64,000 nucleotides of DNA from Lepidodermella squamata (GCA_047495785.1 JBLDXI010000048.1:868001-932000), one strand, 5' to 3'. Positions 1-13,851 are shown, counted from the stretch's first letter. The notes: generated by a model not told the origin, from the sequence alone. Numbers and translations are program-made.

Positions 1-1726
1 TGTTGTCGTACGTTAGAGCAACGAACTTCCATGTCAACCAGATGTTGCAAGTCATCGCCAAGTTGGACGACGTCGCTCCGCCAGTGTTAACCTGCACACG
101 ATTAGCGACATCAACAGACAATTGAATTGAATTCGGGCCGTTCGGGAAGTATTCCAGAATTGGTTTCAAAGCAGCTGTTTGGTAGAGATACATGGCCATA
201 GTGAAGGAACTACCAGTGAAATTCAGTTTAGGCGAGTAAGATCGTAAATAGTGGGTGGTGTTGACAGTGATCGATGAAGCGGCCATAGTCGAATCGAATG
301 GGCTAGATGTATACAAGACGCAAGCAGTTGGGTTGCCGTTTATCTGGTTGGGCCCAGCATCGAGGTGTCCATACTCGCTCGTTAGAGGCCAGTAGATAAC
401 AGTGCTTGGTATAGTAGCGATAGCGGCTTGAACAAAGCTTGAGAAGCTCGATGCTGCAAGAAATCACACGGTATAGGAACTTTGAATAAGCAGGCTTTCT
501 TTTTTATTATAAGCCTGGACCTTGTACCCTAATATATACAGTTTCGAATCGCCTGATGTCTTATCATTTGGGATTACTCCAAACCATTCGAGATTTGACC
601 TGGGTGGGAAATGGGAATATTGCAGAGTGACATGGAGTATTGAATTAAGAAATCAATTTTAAGGAATAATTTCGATCCTGCATGAAATTGAGCTAAAAAT
701 ACTTGCAAAACGATCGCCGCAGAGAGTTTTCTGCATGAACATACCTAGAGTACATTGTGGTCCGGTCCATAGTGATGGGCACTTGCAAACATTGCTGGCA
801 ACGCATGTGCCTCCATTCGAGCACACCGGGTTGCAAGAGGCTGTTAAATGATAAATGAAAGGTTGAGCTTTTTCTGTGCAATATTTTCGAATGACAAAAC
901 TTACGGACAAATCGCTGGCAGAGACTTTTTACTGTAAGAAATTGAGTGCTATTGAGAGCTATGTTGTAAACTGAAGTGCAGGCGAAGTCTGCTGTGGCGG
1001 CTATAAAAGGGTTGAATCTGCGGGAGATGCAGTTAGATATCATGTTTTTAAAAGGTTTCTCGGAAAAGCTAACCTGACGCCAATAGTGAAAGTTGATGTT
1101 GTAACACTTGGCTCCGTGATAACCTGGGACGGCGCCATTGTTGTGTCACATAATAGCCTCAAGCTTGTTGTGCTGCTATCGTATGACAGTCCAACAAAAT
1201 TCCAAGTAGCAGCGTTCATAGGGCATGTCATAAAATAACCCGCTGCGCTAGTGCCGCCAAAACCCTTCAACTGATCTGCTGAAGGATGTTCCCATAGTAA
1301 TGACGCTTGAGTACCATCTGCATTCGCGTATTGCAAGAATGGCATGTTACCCGTGGCTCGCTTGTAGACCCATGTCGACATCGACCACGAGCCAGAGCCA
1401 AAACTCAGCGACGATGAATTGATGGTAACAAATCGGCTATCCGACAGTCCACTCGGACCTTGAAGAGCTGAAAATGACGTCCCAGGATTTCCGAACGGGT
1501 GGTTGGTAGAATAAACTGGCGGGATAACAGAACTAACGCCGTTTATTGGGTGGGAAATTCTAACATCATTTGTGCCGTAGTACGAACTCAACGGCCAATA
1601 TGTTACTTGGTTGGGAACGGTTGTTCTTGTGATGTACTCGATGTAATTGCCATCGTAATCAAGGCCGCTGAACACTTCGCGAGCCATAGTTGCGATTAAA
1701 AACACATTCAAGCAATGAAATAGCAT
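1..1726 (-). CDS. 5' part (multi-exon, runs off window start) of LamG/pentraxin-like + EGF receptor, paralog B
   Basis: ATG 1726 with signal peptide MLFHCLNVFLIATMAREVFS; exon 1 LamG-like (YWPL..., [17 protein letters not shown]); EGF exon ~747-842 ([28 protein letters not shown]); second LamG exon from ~455 down. Exon-by-exon colinear with 11160-13725. Confidence 0.85.
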
Positions 1727-1846
1727 GGCTGTATTCGAATAACCAATTGACAACTTTTCGACTGCGAAATACTAGTGCATCGATGAGTATAAAAACCAGA
1801 CACTGACAACCGCGTTGTAGAGAACAGCCGACTTCTTCCTAAGTGT

Positions 1847-1865
1847 GTTAATAAATAATGAGTAG
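1847..1865. promoter_or_regulatory. Conserved upstream motif GTTAATAAATAATGAGTAG (paralog B)
   Basis: Identical 19-mer at 13852-13870, at a similar distance upstream of the paralog A ATG; surrounding upstream DNA is diverged. Confidence 0.55.
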
Positions 1866-2680
1866 CGAGGTTTACGATAACGCTCAAATGGGCCTTAATC
1901 GTTATTATAGAAGGTTATTTGTTCACAGGTTGGTCTTTGCTGATGAAGCTGATGAATCTGTGAATGAATATCATGCAAATCCCTTTTTGATTTGAAAAAC
2001 TCGAAACCATCTCCCCTTTAGCTTAGCTGCTGTTGAATCTTGAATATTCCTAAAACACACGCTGAGCATGATTGCGGATATCAAAGTTTTTTTTTTAAAT
2101 GAGGATTAATTCTCTGTTCTAATGTCTTTCTTAGTCGTAAGTCCCCGGATCGAGTCTCCGAATCTAGTAGGAGAATCTAGTGTAGGAAACTAGTCTAGAT
2201 GCGTGTGGATATAACTTGCCTTTTAAATATTCATTGTTGCCAGCACCTGGATGAATTTATTATTTAGAATTACCGTTGGATGAATGCCTCTTAGCACTGG
2301 CAACAGTTCATTCGATCTTTTAAGCATAAAGAAGTTGACAAATGCACGGTATCCTAGCTATGGTGGTAAATAGTTGGTAAATAATTGGTAAATAGTTGGC
2401 CTTATTATGGAAATATCTATAGCCTGACAGATGAATTATGAATTGCCCGCTCGGTTTTTTCTAGGCGGCACGTAGCTTTTCGTCACTAGTTACTTATACG
2501 CAAAGATATTGCATTACTCCTGGAATTTTTGCGCCGAGTGGTAGCAGAAATGCGAAACTCTAAACGTGTATTCTGGGCATAATAAATTTGACTTCTACAC
2601 GCAATATAGCCAATCCATTCCTGGTAAATTGTATCTCAAAAAATAGACCATCACCTTTTCAAATGTTCTCAATTGCAAGT

Positions 2681-2895
2681 TGCGATCTTGGATCCTGGAA
2701 CCTGGAACTGCGAGGGATGCGATAAAAGTGTTTTGTTGTATTTGCCAAAATTACTAGTGCTTTAATCGAGAAAACGAATCGAGTAAATGTTGAAGATTCT
2801 CCATCAAAAACACTTTAAAGCTCTAAAAATTGACTATTCAGCAGACTGAAATTTCATTTTCCTCTCCGGTCTGGCCGAGATGGGTGGATCCCCCA
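2681..2895 (+). repeat. Dispersed repeat family copy 1 (probable non-autonomous TE remnant)
   Basis: Shares CGAATCG.(G/T)AAAT.TTGAAG.TT.TCCA...AAAATTGAC...GGCCGAG...AAAGTCGC blocks with 14262-14430 and 15150-15378; its TGCGATCTTGGATCCTGGAA is the reverse complement of ~17421-17440. Confidence 0.65.
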
Positions 2896-3299
2896 ACCCC
2901 CTAAAAGTCGCACCCTATGCAATGACATTTGACGTATTTATACTTATCAAATTGTGAATCTGTAATTTTTATCGAAAGTAGCAAAAGTAGCGAAAGTAGA
3001 TTTTTTTGATCAATAAAATTCGATTCTAGGAGGGTCAAACTTCTTTTGGAAACAAAAGGTTCGCATAATTCTATAGACTGTCTCATAACCTTATATTCGA
3101 AGTCCCGTTAGAAGAGGGAAATAGTAGTAGTTGTAAAACTGCAATCATACAAACGAATTGTGAATCCCGGATTGGCAAACGGACTAACAGTTATTAAATC
3201 GCTTTAATACTTCGGAAATTAGACTTTTGTCACAGCAGATAAGTCGGCGTTAGGCCAAGCATAGCATTAGAGATTAGAGTGGAAAAATTTCAATCGTCA

Positions 3300-6200
3300 T
3301 TAGTCAATACTGATAGCCTCATTCTCCGGAATATCCATCGTTCCTTCAATGTGGTCAGATCTTTTCTTCATGGTATCACCAGACAAAGGTCTTGATGGAT
3401 CCTTGGCAAAAGGATTTGCTACTAATCCAGGTGTAACGCCCGTAATCCCAGCCGATGCAAGTTGTTGCTGTTCTTTCAAAGCTTCCAGCTTTTGCAGATA
3501 ATCCTCGCCGGCTCGCTTCATTCTTATCCTGGTTCTTAGATCATGTAGCTGCCTCGCCCTGCTGAAATCTCTCAGCCGCTTCGCAAAGTGGTTCAGATTG
3601 TGCCGTAACCTAGCAAGGTCTCTCGCTAGTGTCATGTAGTCCAGGCAGACAACAATCCCGAAAAAGAATCCGCAAATCGCTAGGACAGTTGAAGCAGTTG
3701 CCACAGCTGTATCAGATTCATAGACAACGGGTTTAACAGCTTTAGGGGCTGTTAGCAAAGCATTACGAGCACAGCCCAGCTCCTGCTTATCCCAAGTTGC
3801 ATTCTCATTACACCGCCAATAAGCAACTGTATTGGTTTGATTTTTGCTGGGTTCGTAGCCTTGGTTCCAATCGCACTCGAACGCAACTACGTCGCCATAG
3901 ACTATGGTTTGAACCTCGGAGGAAGAGTTCATTATCCGATAGTTTGCAATCTCGAAAGTTGCCGGCATCTCGCAGCTCACAACTGTTAAAATCAAAATAT
4001 ATTCACAGTTGACTACATGCTTCTTCTCTTACGAAGGCAAGCTAAGGAGTTGGTTGACCAAAATCCGGAGTCAAGGCAAGTGTTCACCACAGAGCCCAAT
4101 GGAGTGTTCTCAGTTCCGGGCTCAATGTAGAGGCTGTAAGCTCCTGTTGTGCATTTAGCTGTTACTTCATCGCCATAGTAGTAAAGGCTTTTCTTTTCTT
4201 CAGCGAAGTGAGCATGATCTTCTGCTGCTGGGACCGGACAAGTGACAACTAGATGATGCACGATAATGCATAACCTTCAAAGACAACGCGTTTGGAACCT
4301 TACCGGAGCACGTCGGGACTTCTGCCGGGGTCCACAATCCGCCTGGTTGACAGGTTTTCAGAAATGAATCAAGACTACTAACGGGTTTGAACCCTTTTAA
4401 GCACGAATAGGAAGCGATACCGCCAGTTTGATTTGCCGAAATGTTGAAGTAAGCATTGATACCGTCCACAATAGATTTACAGGGCGGGACTGGAAGATTG
4501 ATATATACTGATTTGTGTTTCAACGTATGAATATCATATACGTACGTGCACAAGACGGTTTTCCATCGACCCAGGACCAGCCAGAAGACCCAGTAAAGGA
4601 ACAGACAGCCTCGCCGGTTTTCGACCCTGTCATGTTGTAGATTGAATCACAGACATAACGAACTTTATCACTCCTCTGAAAATATTGGTTCGACGTAAAA
4701 TTTGTGATAGTTGCTCCGGTTATAGCTGGTGGATCCGGGCAAGCAGCTGCTAAACAAGTCGGCTTATATGGATTGATTCGGAACCAGTTTCCAGTAGTGG
4801 GATTCACGGTAAAAGGATCGCAGATATGCATAGCCGTATGAGCTGGGTTAGCCATAGTATAGCCACTTTGGCATCTCATTAGGGCGGATTGCATGTAACC
4901 AGCCATTCCGTTGAAGGATGAAAGCGGAGGCTCCGATAAGACCCATTCAGCATTCGATGGCAGCGCTATTCCCAAAGGAACGCTGGAACAGTTGTTGAGA
5001 GGGTCTACAATAAGAAGAACATCTAGCTTGAAGCTTGGGTTTGAATCCGAGAGGAAAACTTACTCAATCTTCTGCCGCAGGTATAAGAGCAGTTGGCTTG
5101 AGCAGCGCCAGTTGTATCAGTCTCGCACGTTCCCGAAGAAGCCCAATCTCCACAAGTGCAATTCATATCGTAGGGCAGGGTGGGATCTATATCACATTCA
5201 CAAGTGGCATAAACCGTGCAGCTTTGCTGACAAGTGGGCCACATGAAACCAGGATTCGAGAGGCACTGACCCTTCGCTTTCCAAACTGTGCACATCGGCC
5301 CGATGTCCTTCTTCACTTTCTTGCACAAGCTTACTATTGCTTTCTGTGAAAAAAGCGATTCGGTCATTCAAAGATGGAGAATTTTTCACGAAGACTACCG
5401 AAGCATCCGTGCAAACATTTGGTCCCGTGCATACTGAGCCGCTCGGACAGTCAGGATTGCATTTGACTGAAATTTGAGGGGAAGTAAAAATAGATAATAA
5501 TATATCTTAAAGTTCGACTTTCACTGACATTGCTCGCAAATATCGCCTTCGTAAGCATTGGGGCATGTACATATTCCAGGTGATGTGCAGACACCGCCAT
5601 TTTGGCACTCAGGATCGCAAACAGCTAATAACGACAAACGTCGAGATAGATTGCATTTTCATATGGAGGTCAAACAGCTTACGAATGTCACATACATCCC
5701 CAACGTGGGTTGAAGGACAACTGCAAACCCCAACGCTGCATGTTCCGCCATTCTGGCACTGCGGATCACATGTTTCTAGGATAGCGTGTAGAATTTGCAA
5801 ATAAATAAAATTCAACGCTGAATTTGCTCACTATCAGTACATGTGGCCCCAATCCAAGGTGGGGAACACATGCAATAATTCGGAGAGACGCACTGACCAC
5901 CATTTTGGCATGAAGGATTGCAGACGGCTGATAATTGATTCATCCTTGAATCGGTGAAGGTTTTGAAAAATAAATCACCTCACCTTTCTCGCAGTAGCTG
6001 CCGTTGTAAGACGCTGTGCAAGAACATACACCGTTGTTGCAAGTCCCGCTATTGAGGCACTGAGGAATGCATAATTCTGTAAAGTTAGAACAATGTCGAA
6101 AATGTTTTAACATAATAATTGATACTTACTCAAATTGCAGTAAGGACCTGTCCATGGCGACGGGCAGTCGCAAGTATTAGGTGCCGTGCAGACACCGCTG

Positions 6201-9200
6201 TTGAGACAAGATGGGTCGCAAACCGCTATTAAAATATGTGCTTAATGTTATTTTTTACAGCGTTCAACGAAACATTACGCGTTTGGCAATAGCTTCCGTT
6301 GTAGGACGAGGTGCACGAGCAAACTCCATTATTGCAAGTTCCACCGTTATCGCAATTAGGAGTGCAGGTTTCTGAATCAAATATTTGAAAATGTTGGAAA
6401 ACGTTGAGAAGCGAGATATATACTTAATGCACAAGTTGGACCAGTCCACCCCGTCGGACAAGTGCAAGTGTTTGGAGCTGAACAAACCCCGTTTACGCAA
6501 GGCTGATCGCAAACCGCTTAATAGAAAAGCAAGGCCTTACAAAATTGAACTTACTGTTTGTCAAAAACTTACGAGTTTGGCAATAGCTACCTGTGTAGCT
6601 GGTAGTGCATGAACAAACTGCAGCGCTGCAGGTCCCTCCATTTGCGCATTGAGGGTCGCAATCTCCTGTTTCAAGAAATTTCTCAATGTCATGCGTTTTT
6701 TAGATAAGAGATAGCGCTAACGGTCTTGGCAAATTGACCCTTTCCATGGAGCAACGCATGTGCAGACATTCGGAGCAGTGCAAACTCCACTGTTGAGGCA
6801 ATCAGGGCTGCAAATGGCTGCAAATAATTACGATAAATTCAGAGGGGCTTGAAATTCCAGCGTGTGTCTTACGTGTTTGACAGTAGCTACCCGTGAAGTT
6901 TGCCGGACATGAGCAAACTGCAGCGTTACACGTCCCTCCATTCGAGCATTGAGGATCACAATCTCCTGTAATGGATGGCAACTTTGGGTTATTTCCTCAT
7001 TACCAGAGGCTTACTTTCTTGGCAAATAGACCCTTTCCAAGGAGCTACGCAGGTGCATACATTCGGAGCAGTGCAAGCGCCATTGTTTAGGCAATTTTGA
7101 CTGCAAACAGCTAAAAAGTTAAGCTCAAGTTAATCATACTAGGCTGAGAATGCGAAGGGATTCTCACGAGTTTGGCAGTAGCTACCACTGTAATTAGCCG
7201 GGCAAGCACAAACTTGGCCAGGACCACACACGCCCCCATTTTGACATGCCGGATTACATGTAACTGACGGAATTGTATAGGCCGTGTCTTTGATGTTGTG
7301 ATCGGGAACGTACCTATTGAGCACCCTGGGCCTCCCCAAGGTGGGGCACACGAACAGTTCCCAGGAGGTGACAGACACGTTCCTCCGTTGTCACAGGTTG
7401 GACTGGTACAAACCGCTGAGAAAATATATCGAATTATGTCCGATTTTACGTTAAAAACCGGAAATTTTCACCAGTTTGGCAATAGCTGCCGGTATACCCA
7501 GTCGGACAAATGCAAACGCCAGATGAGTTACAAACACCGCCATTGATGCACTGAGGTGCGCAGCTTTCTTCAAATATTTCAATGTAGTAAACCTAATAAG
7601 TCAGCCTCGATTCAAAAATTAGTATTACTTTCAGTGCATAAGTCGCCGGACCAAGGTGAAACACAGGCACAAACGTTGTAGCCGACGCACGTCCCTCCGT
7701 TACTACATGGTTGGCTGCAAGCAACTGGCAGCGAAGTAAATTTGCGAGAATTTTACGCAGCATTACAACTTACTTTCGAACATTCCGCAAAGAGTTTTTA
7801 GGGATATCAAATCAACCGCGGACAGACTCGAGTTGAACACGGAAACGCATGCAAATTTAGCGTACTCTGCTACGGTGTTTTTGTTTGGTCTGAAAAAGGT
7901 AAGCTCTATCCCAGTTCAACAAAAGTCGCTTTGATGTCTTGCCTGAAACCGATATGCAATCGAGTTGAGGTTGCTGGTGCATTAGACGTGAATGTTTGAT
8001 CAGGAGTTACGAAGTCATTTCCGCAGAACAGTTTCCCTTTTTTGCTTGGATGATCGTAAACAAAAGCGATGAACTGCCATTGATAGGCAATGACACAATC
8101 CACCGTCCAGCCGCCTACGTTGACTGGATTTATCCAAATTTTGTTAAAAGCACGCAAATGTTGCATGTGGAATCGAATGGTATTGTCGGTTAGCGAATAT
8201 TGAACTATTACTTGCTCCGGCTCCAATTGCTGGACGTTCAAATACAAGGCCAGGGTCCAAGAAGAGTTGCCGAAATTAATTTTCGGTGCATTTATCTCGA
8301 CGTAACGATGAACAGTCCCAGCAGGGCTGAGACCAGTTTGAATCGCACCGTTCGAAACTCCGAGAGGACCGTCAACATACTCCATTGCATCAGTAGAAAA
8401 TTTGCCATGAATGTTAGATGGGGTTATGTCATTAGCTCCAGTATCACCACTGAGCGGCCAGTAAGCGACCAGGGATGGAAATGCTTGTAACTTAGTCGTC
8501 AAAACAGGCCCTTGTTCGATCGCTAATAAAACAAAATATATAATTAGTATTTTTCCTGTTTCGAATCAGAAAGGTACTCACGAGTTCCGCATCTGTACCC
8601 GGTGAATCCGGAATTGCAGGTGCACTTGTTGTAAGCAACACAAGACCCATTCACGCATCCAGGGCTACATTGGGCTGCCGATATAATCAGTAATTGAGAA
8701 AGTTTCGAGAAGCCAGCCTTTACCTGAAATCATTGGGCATGCGTTTTTTACGCTGATCATCTCCGTTGCGCTTAGAGCCACGGAATGTATTGAAACACAG
8801 GCCATTCTTCCAGTAACATAAGCTGCCGCATTGCGTCTAGCAAAATCATAGTATATGGTACTCAGAGTTGTGACCTTTAAGCAATGATTACCTTTGACCA
8901 AAAAATAGCCACGTATTTGTACGGGGAACAACAGTTATGTTTTTGTTCGGAGTTCCAAAAGTATTGTTGCAGAACAAGCTTATTGTTCTCGTAGGATGAT
9001 TGTATGTAACGCCGACAAAGTTCCACGTATTCAACATTTTACATGGATTATTGAAGCCCTGGCCAAAATTGTCGTTCCACCAAATCCTATCCTGCCCGCC
9101 GTATTGCCACATGTGGCTTCCCTCACCGCCTGTATCCAACGTCCATTCAATGAAAGACTGAGATCCGCCATCGTAAACCTGTACGTGCGCGCTGAACGAC

Positions 9201-12200
9201 CAAGATTGATTGTCCAGCTTGAGACGAACGTCATTGAATTCAACGTAGAGATTCGGGTACAAATCATTAGGAAACTGCATGGATCCGTAGGCCATGTTGT
9301 AAGGCCCTGTGATGTACGCTGGGTCCTCGGACGTCCAGCCGTTGAGTTTTGGGAGCGATTTTGCATCCAAGCCAGCATAATCAGCATTCAGAGGCCAGTA
9401 TCCAACAAGACCGGGTAGGTTGGTTAGATAGTTCCGCACAGCTAGCTCACTCGAAGTAGCTGAAAGCGATCACATTGCCAGAGAATTTATTACATTTTCT
9501 AATAGCTTACATGTAGCACAAGTTGCTCCGGTCCAACCAGCTTTGCAGAGGCATACACCATAGCCAACACAGCTTCCACCATTGTAGCATGGTGGTACGC
9601 ATCGAACTTGAATAGTTGTATTTCAAAACCACGTGTGTTTCGTAGTAATACTCACCTGTGAATCCACGACATCTCTCTTTCACTGTGATCAGCTCAGATA
9701 GCGATAGATCTCGTGAATGCAGGGATGCACATGCAATCGAGCCAGCACTGCCGTAAATCCATCCCCAACTTTGCCCGATGTAGAGCTTACTCGAAAGAAC
9801 AGGCACGTTTGTAGTAGCTAACACTGTGCTCCCCTCAAAAATTTCGTTGCAGAATAGGCTTAGAGTTCTGGTTGTTGCATTGTAGGTCACAGCGACAAAT
9901 TCCCATCGGTTGTAAAGAGATTGATAGCATCCGGCCGAGTATTCACCGGTAGTTCCATAGAAAGCAAGGTATGACCCGCCGTCGTACCTCAGAAAACTCC
10001 CATACACACCGCTATTCTGAGCAGGGTTCGTAGGCTTCACCCATTCGAACAGCCTCGCAGCGCCAGTCATCTTCATCCAGCATGCTAGGGTGAATGAAGC
10101 GGCTCCCAAGTTCACCTTTGGTGAGTTTACGTACACCGACTGAAATGGTTGTGCAGAAACTTGGAAATTGATAGCACTGTTCGGGCCACCATATGGCCCG
10201 CTTGAAAAATCGAAGGCTCGGGATATGATTCCATCGGCCTTATTAACCCATGCATCATTTGATTGATACTCATATGTTAAAGGCCAATAGGCAACGAGAC
10301 TGGGAAGCGACGCCAGAGTTTGATTTATATAGGCTTGATTGATTTCGCCTAAATTCTCGATTATTGAGCAATCAATTTAGAAAATTCGTGAAAATAACTA
10401 ACGTGATACACAGTTAGGAGGAACCCATGGGCTGATGCAGCTGCACAAGTCATAGCCAATACATGTTCCTCCATTAGAACATCCACTCGGGCATTCAACT
10501 TTGAATATATTGAATATGTTACACTGAGAGTGTCGGATCGTTTTGAGCTAACTCTTAATGGGCCTTTTTTTATTGAAAGTGAACAAAAGTGAACTTTCGA
10601 TATTGAAAGTACCCTATCCCCCATGGAGAGTATACTTCCAATAAAAAGAGGCTCATTGGAGGTTTTCATGATAATTTTCATGATATCACTCAAATGTCAA
10701 ATGTGAACTTTCCACGCTAAAGACACTCGATCATTTCATGGAGAGTACACTTTCCACACAAAAGATGTTCAGCCCTTTTATTGAGCGTACTCTTTCGGCT
10801 GCTCGAGACGGAAAAACAATGGACGTCCGTTAGCGTCTATTCTCAATGCACATATTTTTATTGAGAGTATACTTTCAATATTGAAAGTTCATCTTCAATG
10901 GAAATTTGTCAGTGGAACTATCAACGATTCGACACTCTCAATGTAAAACATATATCAGGAATGCTTCTGGAAAAGAATTGCTTACCTGAGAACAGCTTGC
11001 ATGTGTCTCGAACATTCAATAGCTCCATTTGTCCTAAAGATTTGTTGTACATTGACACGCATGCTATACTGCCAGGGTATGCACCATTTGGCGTAATTTG
11101 TGCGCTAATATTTCCGGAACGGTCTAATTGAAATGAGACGGCTGTATTCAAATCGTTACACTTACCCATATCCTAAACTAAAAGTGCTCGTGAAGGTCGG
11201 GTTCACAGTTGAGGGGAGTAGCAGCGATGTAGAATCGAAGTTATCATCGCAAAACCACCTCGCAGTTTTAGAAGCGCTGTCGTAGGTCAGAGCTACGAAC
11301 TTCCATGCGTACCAGATACTGCAAGAGGTAAGTAATGTGTACGTTGCCACCCCGCCAGCCATCGTGTTAACTTTCACTTGACTCGCTCCTTCAACCGACA
11401 TTTGAAATGAATTCGGGCCATTCGGGAAATATTCTAGAATTGGTTTATAGCCCGCAGTTTGGTAGAGATACATGGCTATCGTAAAGGAACCAGCATTGAA
11501 ATTAAGTTTTGGTGAGAAAATTCTCAAATAGTGCGTAGTATTGACTGTGATGGAAGAAGCGTCCATAGTCGAATCGAATGGACTTGATGAATACAAAATA
11601 CATGCCGTTGGGGTGCCATGAATCTGATTTGGTCCAGCATCGAGATGGCCGTATTCGCTTGATAGAGGCCAGTAGGCGACCGTACTAGGAATAGTTGCGA
11701 TGGCTGACTGAACAAAGCTAGAGAAGCTCGACGCTGCAAAAAGAATATCAGTTATTTGTTTAACAGTTGAATATTTCGCAAATCAAAAGACATTTTCACG
11801 AGATTAATATACCAAAAAACGACCAAGCTCTTTGAGACGACTCAATTGAGCTGCTATTGGTGTGATCTATTTTATTTTGAAATGTTTTGTTTGAATCCTG
11901 ATTGATCGTTATCAGTATGTAGAAATTAACCAAAGTCGCTCAAGTAAAGCTAAGGTGGAATTCGGAGTACCACAAGGAAGCGTTCCAGAGCCATTGCTAT
12001 TTCCTATATACGTAAATGAAATGGCTTCGATTCCAATATGTACATTCGAAAATAGCTCAATTCGCAGATGACACCGCATAATTTGTCATGCGAACGAAAA
12101 CGATGATATCGAATCACTGAGGAAAAAGCCCAAATGGCTAGACCTGAAGGAAAGTTCATCTGGCAACAATGATATGACGCTGTATCAAGGCGAAGCACCG

Positions 12201-13725
12201 GCCGCCTTAGCCGAGTTCTTCAAGCTCCAAGAGAAAAACCGCTGGGGTCACAGGGAGGCAAGTCAACATAAATGCATCGAACAACCTGCTGGTTGTCCCT
12301 CGCGTCAAGACCGATACTTCGATGCGATGCCTTCGATACCGTGGTGCCATGTTGTGGAACAGTTTACCGAACGAAATTCGCTTAGCTACCAGCGCTGATC
12401 AATGCCGGAACCTAACTTACCATTATTTATTGTCTGAACAAACTGAAAAGGCTGAGGAAGGTTGTGATGTCATCGAAGAAATACCGTTACTGATGATTGA
12501 TTACTAATTCCTTGTTGAGTCTAAAACACGATATTTTTATACTGGTGATATCATTGTTTTTCCAAATACTTTTCTTTGTTGATATCTACATAACGACCTT
12601 CTCAGATTGAATCTATTTTACTAATCATGCTTATTTTTCAGCTGAGCTGTCCTACACCCCTTGGATAATATTGCTCATAAATAAATGGTTAACTCGTGAA
12701 TTGAAAAAATTTGAGCTATTCTATTGGATATTTCCATATTAGGTCTTTTCATATTACGAACCTAGAGTACATTGGGGCCCAGTCCATAGCGAAGGGCATT
12801 TGCAGACATTGCTGGCAACGCACGTGCCTCCATTCGAGCATACCGGGTTGCAAGAGGCTGATAAATGATAAGTGAAAGGTCTGTGCAATATATTCGAACG
12901 ACAAAACTTACGGACGAATCTCTGGCAGAGACCTTTTACTGTTAGAAATTGAGTGCTATTCAGAACAGTGTTGTATACTGAAGTACAGGCAAAGTCTGCT
13001 GTAGCGGCTATGAATGGGCTGAATCTATTGGAGGTAAAAATTGATTAGGTTTTCAAGGGTTACTCGGAAGACGCTAACCTGAGGCCAATAGTGAAAGTGG
13101 GCGTTGTAACGCCTGTTGAAGTGGCCGAAGGAGCTATCATTGTTGTATTGCAGAAAAGATTCAAAGTATTCGTGGCGTTATTGTAGGCCAATCCAATAAA
13201 CTGCCAATTAGGAGAGTTCATTTGACAAGGCGTAGTGTACATAATCATGGTGCCCCCAAAGCCTCTAAGTTCATTCGCTGACGGGTGTTCCCACAAGAAG
13301 GACGCTTGAGTCCCATCGGCATTCGCGTACTGCAATAATGGCATTACACCTGCGACTCGCTTGTAGACCCATGTCGACATCGACCACGAGCCGGAGCCAA
13401 AGCTCAGCGAAGATGAATTGATGGTGACAAAACGGCTATCCGACAGTCCACTCGAACCTTGAAGAGCTGAAAATGACGTCCCAGGATTTCCAAACGGGTG
13501 GTTGGTGGAATAAACTGGCGGGATAACAGAACTAACGCCATTTTTCGGTTGGGAAATTCTAACGTCATTGGTGCCGTAGTACGAACTCAACGGCCAATAA
13601 GCAACCTGGTTCGGTACAGCTGTTCTCGTGATGTACTCGATGTAATTAGCATCGTAATCAAGGCCGCTGAAAACTTCGCAAGCCAGATAAGCGAATAAAA
13701 ATGCGTACAGAAGATGGAATTGCAT
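3300..13725 (-). CDS. Large multi-exon type I membrane protein: SP - 5 LamG/pentraxin-like domains separated by EGF - EGF array (15) - 2 ShK - about 5 sushi/CCP - TM - cytoplasmic tail (paralog A)
   Basis: ATG 13725 with signal peptide; LamG exons ~13080-13725, 11165-11735, 9655-10350, 8893-9460, 7943-8523 (each with YWPL..., WxFVxxxY and ACVS motifs); one-exon EGF repeats 5529-7727; ShK-type CxxW...C..N..FM...C..SC..C at ~5065-5310; sushi exons ~3770-5005; [19 protein letters not shown] ~3645-3695; stop 3300. Mostly ~50-nt GT-AG introns. Confidence 0.85.
10522..10943. mobile_element. Intronic MITE with imperfect TIRs and TA flanks
   Basis: Left CACTGAGAGTGTCGGATCGTT vs right AACGATTCGACACTCTCAATG (inverted); internal inverted block GAACTTTC(G/A)ATATTGAAAGTA; TA on both sides; the intron is ~480 nt against the ~50 nt norm. 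Confidence 0.7.
11870..12690 (+). mobile_element. Degenerate 5'-truncated non-LTR retrotransposon (CR1/L2-like RT C-terminus) in an intron
   Basis: Frameshifted translation [37 protein letters not shown]...QFADDTA (RT GVPQGS and Y/FADD motifs) and [16 protein letters not shown], typical of CR1/L2 C-termini. Confidence 0.85.
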
Positions 13726-13851
13726 TGCTGTATCTATCAAATCGACTTCTTTCGGTTGATTGCAAAAGAATAGTGGAACGTTGATAAATTTAGCCTACAC
13801 TGCTATGCAGCCAACTGCTTTCTTGTTGAGCCCGCCGACGTTCCATTCCAC

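Noticed and set aside
2363-2399. Three tandem 12-mers GGTAAATA(G/A)TT
   Set aside because: A short tandem repeat with no evidence of function.
5529-7727. Regular ~150-nt periodicity resembling a CRISPR or satellite array
   Set aside because: Explained by EGF exons separated by GT-AG introns.
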